Shown here piece after piece: positions 13,703-27,120 of a DNA stretch of 64,000 bases (within the stretch, counting starts at the first letter, position 1; each line of letters opens with the position of its first letter). The translations under genes were made by a program, and so were the position numbers. Source of the DNA: Octopus vulgaris (taxonomy: Eukaryota). The stretch is from assembly GCA_951406725.2 (NCBI GenBank), contig OX597822.1, forward strand, positions 16,864,001-16,928,000, read 5' to 3'. Below the pieces are notes generated by a model. That model saw only the letters and a program-made list of their open reading frames with translations. It was not told where the DNA came from and did not search any database.

Positions 13703-14440
13703 GTGTGCGTTTGATCGCTACAAAGTTTCCGGTAATTTGACATCGCCAACCATTTTCTAAGCTACTTTAAAACAAATTGACTTCTCTAACGCCGTTAATG
13801 ACCTTCGGTAAGATTCTAGCATCAATCTCATTATTATTGCTTATATGTGTAAATAAGGACCCCAATTGATGCTTTACCTACCCGATATCACTCCTTCCCA
13901 TGGCACACCTATCTTCCCCTCCAGACAACTCTCCTTCTAATTAGCTTTTTCCACTAATAAACTTTACTATACAATAATTTAAGCTATTCAAATGTCACTA
14001 ATTGAAACTACTCACTTATATACTTACTCAACTCGTAGACTTTAATTATGGAGAATTTATGTCTAATGCTGATAGAAGTACAACTAGTTACCAGTGTTTA
14101 TTGCATTGGCGATCGGTCGCTCTTCTCTTTGCTTGCACTAACACGCTGTGTTTTGTTCCCTCAAAACCTAATAAGCTATCCTGTACTCACACACCCACAA
14201 ACACACACACACCCACAAACACACACACACACACATACATATATATGTATGGGAACGTGAAACTCCGAGTAACAGCTTTTGTTACATTTCTGCTGCTTTT
14301 AAATGAAGCATATTACTCTACCTCCGGTATTTGGGTACTCTTCCCGGTATATATATATATAATGAAAAATGTGACTGCGTGTGTATCGTTGGAGATTTTT
14401 TTCCTCCGTCTTCCCTTCCTTGTATCTTTCTTTTTCCTAT

Positions 14441-14475
14441 GTTTCTGACGAAGAGCTCCGCTCGAAACGTTAATC
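14441..14475 (+). ncRNA. Ultra-minimal type-I hammerhead-like motif; relatives at 46684-46716 (+) and 57953-57990 (-)
   Basis: GTTT-CTGACGA-A-GAGC-TCC-GCTC-GAAA-CG-TT-AATC; helix II GAGC/GCTC is conserved with different loops in the three copies. Confidence 0.6.
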
Positions 14476-14588
14476 CCTCCTTCTTTCTTTCCTCTCCTTA
14501 GCATCCAATAACACTATACTTGTTCCACGTCCTCGTGTTGTTGTTTTCTCTTTGTGCTTTCATGTTTGGATTAACTATATATATACAT

Positions 14589-14633
<45 letters not shown>

Positions 14634-15744
14634 TGTACACACATATACATGGACATCGATCGCGGAAACCACGAACCCTAGTCGAACTGGTAAAGATTAG
14701 TTATATCCGTATTTCAAAGAGTTAGCTCTTGCCACATTCTGTATCACACTGGATCTTCCCGGGAACTACGTTAAGGGGACGTATATCTGTGGAATACTCA
14801 TCCACTTGCAAGTTCATTTCATGAGCAGGTTGTTATGACATCGGATCAACTGGAACACTCGTCGCCGTAACCGACGGAGAACCAGCGACTTACATACACA
14901 TACTTGCACACAGGGGCATGCATATATGTATGAGTATGTGAGTATGGATATATACATACATATACATACATATAATATATTTTTTATTTTTTATATATGG
15001 ATGTGTGTGTGTGAGTATGTGTGCGTGTGTGTGTGTGTGTGGCTAGGTGAATAAGCTCAAATACATACATTGAGTAATTACTCTTTCTTTCACATTTATG
15101 TACCTTAACGCGCATACAACGTAGATATGTGTGAGAGAAAGAGAGAGAGAGAGAGAGTGTGTGTGGTGGGGGCGAGGATAAGATCGTTTTTAATCCAAAC
15201 CGGTTGTAATGGATGAGAACGATCGTGCCATACCAGTATGGAAGATATTATTTGTGTTATCATCCATGACATTGCTCAAGTTATCCGCCATTTATTATCA
15301 CTCTCGGGGAAAATCTTGTCGTCCTGAAATACTTAGCTGGGTTTATGTTGTTCTTTCTAATAATATCTGTTTTAGAAATTATTGTTTTAACACGATCACA
15401 CCAGAAACAGATTGCATCCCTGGCATATAAGAATAGATTTCTGATTAAAACATTCCTATACAAAAACATGAAGAAGCATTAATCTAATATAAAAATCGGA
15501 AATCCGATTCTGGTCGAACATATACACTCTCCTTTTATGCAAAAGTGCTCTTACCCACATGTACGTGTACTCCCCTGGTGGCTGCCCAGGTCGGAGCAAT
15601 CTCAAGATTAATCAGCCGAAATTGCGAAGATGATCCGGTTCTTGACTGATGACTGAGGGCTTCGAATGTCCCGTCCTGTGGTTCTTGTGTCGTCTTCTAG
15701 GTGTTTCACGTTCTTGTCCCAGTTGTATATATTTTTTACTTTTT

Positions 15745-15774
<30 letters not shown>

Positions 15775-15777
<3 letters not shown>

Positions 15778-16565
15778 ATAAGAGCAAATAATAGCTTTAA
15801 TGGTTAAAAAAAAAACAATTATTTACGGGTAGATTTCGGCATGTAAATATGACGGTTAACGGTTCAATATATATTTTTGTATATAAATAAAAGAGCTAGG
15901 CAACAGTCTTTGACTGCTATTCCTAATTTTTCGGTATGCGGCTAAGCAACCTGTTGCCTGCCTCTTTTATCTATATACAAAAATATATATTGAACTTTTA
16001 GAGAAGTTCTTACCGTTAACGGTTATATCTACCTGCCGAAATCTACCCGTAAATAATCGTTGGTTTTTTTAAAAGACCATTAAAGCTGTTATTTACTCTT
16101 ATTATATTACTAATTGAAATTTTCACTCCCTTACAATAACCCATAGTTTCTATCTCTAAGTAACTATTTTTGTAATACGCATGGTAAAATTTTGGAGGGA
16201 AAATTTGCGGATTATAGGTTTGTCTATATAGGTTTGGCCTATGCTTGCTTTCTTCACTATTTCGATGTCGCCTGATCGAGAAGTGGAGGTACGTAGCATT
16301 TGATAAATCTATTTTAGTGGAGGTTTACGCTGATGAAAGGCATGGAATTTATATTTTATTCCTAATCTAGAAACGCGTTCGTAAATAACCATTAGACTTT
16401 GCTTTCGTTATTTCTTCCTTCTGTTTTGCATATGTGAATTGCGGGGAAATGTCATATGTGGAGTCTCGTTCGTAGAAAATAGAAATAAGCAGTATTTGAC
16501 TGCTATTTCTAATTTTTCGCTATGTGGCTAAGCAACCTGTTGCCTGCCTCTTTTATTTATATACA
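15775..16565. mobile_element. Penelope-type pseudo-LTR remnant: inverted repeat (15775-16108) plus partial direct repeat (15909-15980 / 16495-16565)
   Basis: Repeats read directly; hammerhead motif inside. Confidence 0.7.
16324..16385 (+). ncRNA. Minimal type-I hammerhead ribozyme motif, canonical core
   Basis: TTTACG-CTGATGA-(helix II GGAAT/ATTCC)-GAAA-CGCG-TT-CGTAAA; 6 bp helix I. Confidence 0.75.
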
Positions 16566-16695
16566 TATATATATATATATATGTTCAATAAGAAAGAATT
16601 ATTTTCGAAATTTTTCTCTTATGAGGTTTTTCACGCTATCTACCTGATAATTTCTTGTTAAGATTCCTTATTAAGAAGTTATCCTTAATTGTTAA

Positions 16696-16755
<60 letters not shown>

Positions 16756-16842
16756 GCGAGAAGAAAATAGAGGACAAGTAACAAACAGAAGCCATTATTT
16801 AATTAGTAAAAAATGGTGAAAGTGAGAGTGAAGTTGTTTAGG

Positions 16843-17020
16843 TGAAATTTTGGGGCAGGGGCTAGTCGATTACATCGGTCCCAATACTAAACTGGTTCTA
16901 ATTTCATCGACCACGAAAGTGATAAAACTCGAACTCGGCGGAATTTGAACTCAGAAAAAAATAAAAACGGACAAAATGCCGCAAAACATTTTGCCCACCG
17001 TGCTAAAGATTCTGCCCGAA
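16843..17020 (-). mobile_element. SINE family B copy
   Basis: CTCGGCGGAATTTGAACTCAGAA core on plus strand. Confidence 0.7.
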
Positions 17021-17141
17021 CACCATATTAACATACATATATTTTAATATATATATATATACATAATTTAGATGTTTCGACCAAAGACTGGCTCAGACCA
17101 TGTCTAAATTATTAGCACCACCTGAACATATAGTACGACTT

Positions 17142-17179
<38 letters not shown>

Positions 17180-17182
<3 letters not shown>

Positions 17183-17745
17183 ATCTCTCGTAACTGCCAT
17201 CTCATCTTGTTCCATCGATGGAGTAGTTTCTCCATGGCGCAAGCCTGGGCGGTAGGAACGAAGACACTGGGCTGCCCAGACACCAGAATCTCCCTCTCGG
17301 CCCCCCAGACATAATCCAAAGGAATGCAGTGCAGTACGTTTGGAGTCTGGTTGGCTGCAGGAGTTGCCGGAAAAGGGTCGAGATTCGACACCCTACCGCC
17401 TTCAGGGCTCCACTCCGGATTTTCTGTCTGGGTTTACTCCCATAGCCTTTCCCTCTCCCAAGAGCATCCGCAAGGCAGCGGAGCGAGGGTTTGGAGTCAG
17501 AGTTTTCCTTCTCCTAGACTGGCTGCCAACCAAGGCTAACGAGCCCAGTCTGCCCACCTGGTTATACAGCAGGCTCAGTGAGAACAGGGGGTACCGCGTG
17601 AAGGTGCTGCTGTGGACACAGTAGTGCAGGAGAGGCCATAAGCAAGAACTTTCCACAAGGTGCAGCCAAGTAGAAGTTCTGCAGCGATCATTATACCTGG
17701 AGAGGAGAGGCTATGAGAGACGCAATCACTTTCCTTTGCCCCCTA
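17180..17745 (-). mobile_element. RTE-clade 5' UTR region or non-autonomous derivative
   Basis: GC-richer island; reverse complement GGGCAGACTGGGCTCGTTAGCCTTGGTTGGCAGCCAGTCTAGGAGAAGGAAAACTCTGACTCCAAACC resembles the conserved RTE 5' UTR module. Confidence 0.6.
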
Positions 17746-17944
17746 TAGCATTTTAGTTGGAGAATGTAGAACAGGCCGCATCGTGTTTTATATATATATA
17801 TAAGAGAGATAATGATGTCATTGAGACCCAAAGGTGTCGGGTGAATAAGTGCTATAGACAGACCATAGTTAAGTTCCAGATTCGGTAATATTGTGAATAA
17901 AGGGTTCAACGTCGGTTCTATGTCAGCGTGTGTATATACGAATG

Positions 17945-18128
17945 TTTTGCGTAATGAGATAAAAACCAAGGCTGTATAGATATTAGAACATTTATAGATA
18001 GAAGGTCTCACACCGTCTCCGATGAAGGGATATTATTAATTAATATCCTAGAAACAGCTGTAAGACCTTCTATCTATAAATGCTCTAATATCTATACAGC
18101 CTTGGTTTTTTATCTCATTACGCAAAAA
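17945..18128. repeat. Fold-back element, about 65 bp arms enclosing a hammerhead motif; partial copy at 21842-21911
   Basis: TTTTGCGTAATGAGATAAAAACCAAGGCTG...AGAAGGTCT / AGACCTTCT...CATTACGCAAAA. Confidence 0.85.
18015..18066 (+). ncRNA. Type-I hammerhead motif (CCGAUGA variant)
   Basis: GTCT-CCGATGA-AG-GGATATTA-loop-TAATATCC-TA-GAAAC-AGCT-GTA-AGAC. Confidence 0.68.
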
Positions 18129-18144
18129 ATTCGTTTGTGTGTAT

Positions 18145-18255
<111 letters not shown>

Positions 18256-18544
18256 TCGTTCGGTTTCCTTGTATGTCTTCACTGTTATTTTTTTGTTCCC
18301 AACTTTGACCTTCCATAAATCCTAAATTTCATTTTAGAATTTATGGGAGCAACTGTCTTTGAATACTCATGTTGTCGTTGAATGCTTGAAATGAGGATTA
18401 GATAGACAGCCGACAACTGATGAAGAGTCGTTTCTCTGTGTTTACTGGTCCTGTTTTCATTTTTTCTTGTTATTTACATATTTCATGTTATTTGCACCGT
18501 TGGTGACATCCTGTACCCATATATGCATGTATATATATTATATT

Positions 18545-18564
18545 TATTATTATTATTATTATTA

Positions 18565-18610
<46 letters not shown>

Positions 18611-18642
18611 CATCATTATTATTATTATTATTATTATTATCA

Positions 18643-18691
<49 letters not shown>

Positions 18692-18693
18692 CA

Positions 18694-18742
<49 letters not shown>

Positions 18743-18862
18743 CATCATTATTATTATTATTATTATCATCATCATTATTATTATTATCATCATTATTATT
18801 ATTATTATTATCATCATCATCATTATTATTATTATTATTATTATTATCATTATTATTATTAC
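18545..18862. repeat. Long (ATT)n tract with recurrent ATC interruptions
   Basis: Direct reading. Confidence 0.95.
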
Positions 18863-19264
18863 TATATATATACTTCAGAGAAAATATTAGAAAGCCCCAC
18901 TTTGTGTTCATTGAGAATGTCAACAAATATTTACGCTACGGAAGAAAAAAAGACAGAGTCTCCTAACGTTCCGTTTCACAGTTTGTTGGTCGTCCTTCAG
19001 TCAGTTACATAGGTTCGATGAACACAGGTTCGATAACCACGCCATCTCCGGGCAATTACGAAAGGCAAAAAAAAAAAAAGCACGTTATTAGAAATCTAAA
19101 TTCGAAGCTAAACTGGAAATAGTCAGTATTTGAGTAGTCTTGCTTCTGTCCTAGTAACTTAACGGTCTGTGAGAGGGAATTCTGTTGAATAAGTCCCAAA
19201 CGTAAAGGATATACTCGAGGCGAAGTGATTGACTAAACACTACAAAGCAACAATCTTTAATATA

Positions 19265-19360
<96 letters not shown>

Positions 19361-19499
19361 TTCTAGCATCGTTTTTCTTTTTTTCAAAGATTTTTATAAT
19401 TTGGGCAGAGATTGAATAACAGCATCTGCAGCTACTTTCAGAACCTCAGAAACCGACGAGAAAAACAGGAAGGCTTTGGTATTCTGGCACAAGTGTTTA

Positions 19500-20170
19500 C
19501 AAGAGACCTCAATCTACTGAAGACACCCAACGGCCCTGTTATGGCTTTAAACCAGGCGATGAATTCAGACAACCATTTACTGAGATGTTGGGTTAACATG
19601 GAAGCCAAAAGTTTACTTTTCCGAGAAAAATACTTATCGCATTATTTATGTAGCAATGAAAAATAATGAAGATAACAATTTTATTATGGCAAGATTTCAC
19701 GAGGGATGTGTGTAGATGTGCTTTGTCAGACAGATCGAAAGAATTGAATTAGAGTAAAGGGGAGAAAAAGACGAATCTGGTAGATTTCGGTCTCTGTAGT
19801 CCAGCAATCAAGAAATGTATGTTATACTTTTTGCATATCAGAGAAAATCTAATAATGACTAACAATTCTCGTTGCTATCTATGTTACACACTGTTGTCAA
19901 TACGACTGAAGCAGTTATTATCAAATGCCAAAAGCGGAGGTAAAATACGTGAGATGTTAGAGTACTTGTGATCAATGATATTAGAATTCTGTGTCGAGAT
20001 ATCGAAAAACAAATAGTAATAGAAAAAAAGCAGAGTAGAAGCTAGAAAAGCATTTTAGTTGGAGAATGTAGAACAGGCCGCATCGTGTTTCCTGAATCTC
20101 CTAAAATGGTGGAAGTAAGTTATTCTGAGACGAAGGGTCTGGACCGAATGTTTAGTAACTGAATGAACTC
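19500..20170 (+). mobile_element. Highly decayed RTE-like RT/C-terminal remnant
   Basis: Fragments resembling (F)EYL(G)SMI...DIEKQI and KLEAF; heavily frameshifted. Confidence 0.3.
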
Positions 20171-21244
20171 CGATCAAAGACGACGAGTCAAGCAAATAAG
20201 AATGAGCCAAACGTACGAAACACTTTGTGGTCACTCTATCTGATGGAAATAACAGCTAAATCTGATTTGAATTCTATGCATTTTAAATCAAGAAAGATAC
20301 ATTGTATAATGCAATTAGTCTCTGATATATATATATATATAAAAAGATGTGAAGATCATGGTTGGAATTACTATGATTTACTTGATTTGTTTGACATGAG
20401 ACTAAACAACAAAGAAAGAAAAAAAACCACTAAGCAAAGCAATTTGTAATTATAATTTTTTTCTGTTTTCAAAACTATCCCCATGTTAAAATCTATGAAA
20501 CAAAATAAATATTTTCGTAATATATTCCTTGCTTGAGTACGTTTCAATGTTTATTTTAAGACTATTCTTCTCACTTTATTAAATTGTGAAGTAGTAATGT
20601 AGTAAGTTTTCCATAAAAATGTTTTAGTAAATAAAACTTCTGAGTAAAAATTAATTTTAACTGAAATTTGTAACAAAATTTCTTCTTTGGATGAAATGGT
20701 TTGCATTCCATCTTGATATTTTGGTTTAAGTTAATCTAATTATATTTGAATAATGTGATGTGTTTTAAGATCTGTTAAAAATATAACGGTGTTGATATTT
20801 GCAATTTCTAATCAGAATTCACAGTTGGTTACCAAATACCCAGAAGATATATTTTGTGCATATGAAATATAATGTTGCTTTTTATTTGTAAATATTTTCT
20901 TCCAATGTATTTGTAATTTCGTCCTTGAAAATATTCTATTGATTTGTGAGAAGATTCATTCAAAGAAGTTCCGTTTGAAATGATATATTCTCCCGAACAA
21001 AATTTACGGCAGAACAGCTGACATTTATAAATTAGTTTCTAAAGTTTTAATACAATAACAAAATGTTGCAGTTTTTATTACGAATACACAATACTTTTAT
21101 AACAGACTCACACATATACACAAAACACATGCAACTGGAACTCCGTCGGTTTCGACGACGACGAGAGTTCCAGCTGATCCGTTGCGAGACTAAACCGGAA
21201 ACCATGCGTTTGCCAAGCGAACTTCCCAACCACCCTGCCAGTCA

Positions 21245-21737
21245 TTCTTTTATGTTTCAGTCATTTGATTGCGGCTATGCTGGAGCACCGCCTTTAGCTG
21301 AGCAAATCGACCCCAAGACTTATTCTTTGTAAGCATAGTACTTATTTTATCGGTCTATTTTGGCCGAACCACTATGTTACGGGGACGTAACCACTATGTT
21401 ACGAACCACTATGTTAACCACTATGTTACGAACCACTATGTTACGGACACACCAGCATCGGTTGTCAAGCGATGTTGGTGGGGGAAACAAACACTGACAC
21501 ACAATCATGTATACACACACACACACACATATATGTGTGTGTGTGTGTGTGTGTGTATGTGTGTGTGTATGTGTACACATATACGACAGGCTTCTTTCAG
21601 TTTCCGTCTACCAAATCTACTCACAAGGCTTTGGTTGGATCGAGGCTATAGTAGAAGCCACTTGCCCAAGGTTCCACACAGTGGAACAGAACCCGGTTGG
21701 GGAGCAAGCTTCTTACCAAACAGCCACTCCTGCGCCT
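21245..21737 (-). mobile_element. SINE family A full copy with an internal 15-bp tandem expansion
   Basis: Matches reverse complement of 1241-1626; AACCACTATGTTACG repeated about 5 times at 21367-21445. Confidence 0.85.
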
Positions 21738-21926
21738 ATTATACGTATATGTGTGTGTGTGTTGTGAGTGTGTGACTGTGTCTGTATGTATGTATATCCG
21801 TATGTGTCTGTCTGTCTGTGTGTGAATATATATATACACACACAGCTGTAAGACCTTCTATCTATAAATGCTCTAATATGTATACAGCCTTGGTTTTTTA
21901 TCTCATTACGCCATATACATAAATAT

Positions 21927-22088
21927 ATAAAGCAGGTGTGCATGAAGTACGATCATTGCTAGAAATAGTAGCCGGTAAGTTTACGGCGATATGTAGAGTA
22001 CTGAATATTAGTGAAGCTCTACATAGCGCCGTAAACTTAGCGGCTGCTATTTCTAGCAATGATCGTACTTCGTGTACACCTGCTTTAT
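21927..22088. repeat. Hairpin/fold-back, about 72 bp arms and 18 nt loop
   Basis: ATAAAGCAGGTGTGCATGAAGTACGATCATTGCTAGAAATAG... / ...CTATTTCTAGCAATGATCGTACTTCGTGTACACCTGCTTTAT. Confidence 0.92.
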
Positions 22089-22164
22089 TTACATGATTCT
22101 ATCTTTTTGATGCTTTATTCTTGCTGGATATTAATGTTATTGTAATGATATTTATAGTTTCATG

Positions 22165-22255
<91 letters not shown>

Positions 22256-23485
22256 CTATACACACGCATACACACACATGTGTGTGCGCGTCTTTGCGCT
22301 TATGCTTGTCTCTAACTGCGAACCAGTTCTGGTTTATATATATTACTTTGTAACTAAGCAGTTCGGCAAATTATGCAGATAAAATATGTACCAGAGTTGA
22401 AAAAAATAATAAGTGGAGCCGAGTTGTCCGACTAAACCGTTCCAGACGGTGCCCCAGCATGGTCGCATTCCAATGAATGGGACAAGTAAAATATAAAAGA
22501 TTTGACATCTTTTAGTATCTTAAAAGGCCAATAGTTGTAAAAGCAATCGCCGATGTCGGTTGTGAAGTGGGGATAGGATGTCAGACTTTTGGGTGGGTTT
22601 CTAGATCCTTAACTATTCTGGAAGTTCTCCAAGTTTAAATGTTCTTATTTTCAAATATGTCTCTGACATATTGATTACGGCTTCAACAAGCTATGAATAT
22701 CATACAAACATGTCTTTAGTAGGACGCTGGCCAACAATTTATGGATTCGACTAAAGAAATTGAAGGACTTGGCCAAGTAACCAATTGGCTTTTCTTTTCT
22801 ATGACTGGAATTATAGGAAATAGGTAAAGGATGTTTTGCTGTTAACATTTGTACACAGATGGGTCGACATTTATGACCTGAAACCTCTAATCTACTCAGC
22901 AAAGCGGTTCCCGGCATTTGTATTGAAATATTAGCATTCGTCTTCTCTTTTATTTGTTTCAGTCTTGAAGGATTTTAGTCGAACGAAACGACCCCAAGGC
23001 TTTTCTTTCCTTAAACCAGGGTACTTATTCCATCGATCATTTCAGTGGAGTGAATTCACCGACCACAAAAATTAGAAATATTAAATTTCTAAATATCCCA
23101 GAGAGATATAAGCAGTGGTGGAATGGTAGAGCAGTTGTGTACTGTCAATTTAACGTGTGTGATCAGTGAATTTACTTCACTGAAATTATATGTTTGCAAG
23201 GTCTAGACAGGTATCTTCAACCAACTAGCAAGCCATGCTACTTCATACTGATGACGAGCAAGACTCAGAAACATGTCTCTGGATGCAGGATTAGCTGGGT
23301 GGGGGTGTTTGTCGCCCCCCCCCACCCGCCCTTGTAAACATAAGGACACAGGAAACGTGTCAAGGCCGACAGGAAGCGTTGATGCTTCCTAGGACTAAAT
23401 AGCAGTGGTGTGGGACTGTCACGTTGAGTTGACAGTATACAACTGTTCTATACATACATATATATATATATATATATACATATAT

Positions 23486-23528
<43 letters not shown>

Positions 23529-23529
23529 C

Positions 23530-23592
<63 letters not shown>

Positions 23593-23654
23593 GTGTATAT
23601 ATATGTATATGTATATATATACATATATATATATATATACATATATATATGTGT

Positions 23655-23747
<93 letters not shown>

Positions 23748-23756
23748 ATATATATG

Positions 23757-23788
<32 letters not shown>

Positions 23789-23875
23789 TATATATGTATA
23801 TATATATACATATATATACACATATATATATATATATATACATATATATACACATATATATACATATATATACAC

Positions 23876-24487
<612 letters not shown>

Positions 24488-24544
24488 TATACATATATAT
24501 ACACATATATATATATATATACATATATATACACATATATATAT

Positions 24545-24575
<31 letters not shown>

Positions 24576-24640
24576 CATATATATACACATATATATATAT
24601 ACATATATATACATATATATATATATATATACATATATAT

Positions 24641-24722
<82 letters not shown>

Positions 24723-24882
24723 TGAGAAAGTTGATGTGTGAAAGCACGTGGTTGAATATATAGAAAATAGTAAAAAGCGAAAAAATACAGAAGGCTTGTT
24801 TTAAAAGGTTAAAAAATATATATTTGAGTCAATATGTCTGAAGAATGTTATAAATTTTTTTCTTACAATGACATAGTTTTTG

Positions 24883-24922
24883 AAGAAATGACCGGTTTCG
24901 CGCTCAGCTTTTCAAATTTCTT
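24883..24922 (-). ncRNA. Hammerhead-like motif in the PLE 3' pseudo-LTR (UUGAAAA core variant)
   Basis: AAGAAAT-TTGAAAA-GCTGAGCGC-GAAA-CCGG-TC-ATTTCTT; 7 bp helix I, palindromic CCGG loop. Confidence 0.62.
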
Positions 24923-25004
24923 ATATCGTTATGTTTATGTTGAGATGAGTTCCAGATAAGGGGAGGTAATAAGTGATTTCTTCCGGTGTAAGGGAGATAA
25001 TCGC

Positions 25005-26825
25005 TTAAAATTTCTTGCCTTTCCTTCGGAGTGAATTTCTCTGTGTAAGTATGTTGGAATGGTTAAGTTTGGGCTTGTATTTTTCAATGAAGAATGTTTC
25101 CTTGTTTAGTCTAATTTGTGCTGGTGTTCCGATTGCACATTGGTAAAATGGAAAGATTAAAAATTGTGGTAGTAGTTGTTGCTTTGCGCATTTCTCAATG
25201 TGCTCACTAAAGGGTATCATTCTGTATTCTGGGAATGCAATCTGTTGTCGATGCCGTGTGCATCTACGTCTGAGTGATAGTCCCGTGGACCCCACGTAGT
25301 CTTGGTGGCAGCCCGAGCATTTTATGACATAAATTATGTTTTCAGAGGCACAAGTAAAATTAGATTTGATCTTGAATTTCTGTCCCTCTTTGAAGAGGAA
25401 TTCTGATCCTTCTAGCAGGTTTGGACATGTTGCACAGTTCGGTCTACCACATTTTTTTACTTTTGCATCCGTAATTTCAGAAAACAATTTTGCCTTTGTG
25501 AGAATCTTTTTAAGTGATTTAGGTTGTTTGTAGCTTTTAATGATTTGGTGTATGTTTAGAATTTCCTTTAATTTGGGGTCCTTATGAAGTATTGGTAAAT
25601 TCTGGGTGATGATGGTGGAGGCTTCTTTGTTTCTGGGGTTGTATGTGGATATGTAAGGTAGTATTTTCGGGGAAGGTGTGTTGTTGTGTTGAACTTTTCT
25701 CAAAGTTTCTATGTTGATTTCTGTTGCACGTCTGATCCCATCCTCTATGAGTTGAGCTGGGTAATGTCTGTCGATTAGGGTGTTTTTGAGTTCTTGCAGT
25801 CTAAAGTTCCTGGTATTTTGTTCTGACACTATTGTGCATATCCTTCTTGCAAGGTTGAAGGGGATGTTTGTTTTAGTGTGTCTTGGGTGGCATGAATCAA
25901 AAAGAAGGTATTGTTTGGCGTCTGTGGCTTTGTAAAAAATGTCTGTTTCTATTTTAAGGTTAATTTTTTTAATTAGTATATCCAAGAATGGGAGCTCCTT
26001 TTTGTTGTATTCCATTGTGAACTGTATATTTGGGTTTATGCTGTTCAATAGGTTTTTGAATTTTAGGAGTTTATCTGTGTTTTCATTCCAGAGTATAAAA
26101 CAATCGTCCAGGAATCGTTTCCAATTCTCTTTTATATATTGAGAGAGGGGGTTTCCAAAGATTGATAACGATTCCTGGTAAATGATTATTTCCAGGTAGC
26201 CCATTGTTAGGTTCGCAATGACTGGTGCTGCCCTTGTACCCATAGCAATTCCGGATTTTTGACGGTAAAATGTATTGTCAAACATGAAGTGGTTATTATG
26301 TAGGATGAATTCAATTGATTTAGTGATGAATTCTTTACTGATCCTTTTGGTATTTCTTCCGGAAATTGGTCCAGCCAGAACTCTATTGCCTCTAGTCCAT
26401 AATTATGAGGTATACTGGTATATAAGTTAACTACATCAAATGAAACCATGATTGTTTCTTCCTTGGCTTTTTTTCAATGGCTATCGATATGTTTAAGGAA
26501 GGATTTCAGGAGGAGGTCCATAAATAGACTTAGTCTGTGTGTTTCACAGGTTGGGCCAGCTAAAATGGGTCGTAGTTTTAGGTCCCCCGGGTTAGGTGTG
26601 TGTATGTATGTCTTTGGTGATTTTTTAATGGTTTCATTTATAATTTGGCTTTTATGAATTTTTGGCAGACCATAGAAGAGGCTAGGTTTGCATTTAAAGT
26701 TTGTTAGAAAGTCAATCTCTTTGGTTGTTAGTTCCTTTTCATGGGTTTTAATTAGTGAAGATAGAGTTTTCGTTATTTTTTGTGGGGTGTAGTTGGTGAT
26801 GTTTTCATAATGTTGGTTGTCATCA
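25005..26825 (-). pseudogene. PLE reverse transcriptase / GIY-YIG endonuclease, frameshifted (open frame 25005-26285)
   Basis: FYGLPKIHK, LRPILAG, SFDVVNLYTSIP, GIAMGT, RFLDD, LPFLD, CGRPNCATC linker, NIIYVIKC..C...YVGST. Confidence 0.93.
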
Positions 26826-26898
26826 AGACATATTGACTCAATTATATATTTTTTAACCTTTTAAAACAAGCCTTCTGTAGTTTTTTTCACTTTTTACT

Positions 26899-26959
<61 letters not shown>

Positions 26960-26960
<1 letters not shown>

Positions 26961-27120
26961 ACGAGTCTCTTTTCAGTCTCCGTCTGCAAATCCACTCACA
27001 AGGCTTTAGTCGGCCCGAATGTATACTAGGAGACATTTGCCCAAGTCGCCACGCCGTGGGACTGAACCTAAAACTATGTGGTTGAGAAACAAACTTCTTA
27101 CCACACAGCCACGCCTGCAC
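26960..27120 (-). mobile_element. SINE family A 5' half; probable 3' part at about 22950-23040
   Basis: CAAATCCACTCACAAGGC...ACCACACAGCCACGCCTGCACC. Confidence 0.78.

Larger units (their letters stand above)
24720..26905 (-). mobile_element. Penelope-like retroelement (Neptune-type), 5'-truncated, with inverted pseudo-LTR copy
   Basis: RT plus GIY-YIG coding; 24762-24839 is the reverse complement of 26826-26904; (TA)n on both flanks. Confidence 0.92.

Noticed and set aside
21367-21445. CRISPR-like short repeats
   Set aside because: Tandem 15-mers without unique spacers inside a SINE; eukaryotic context, no cas genes
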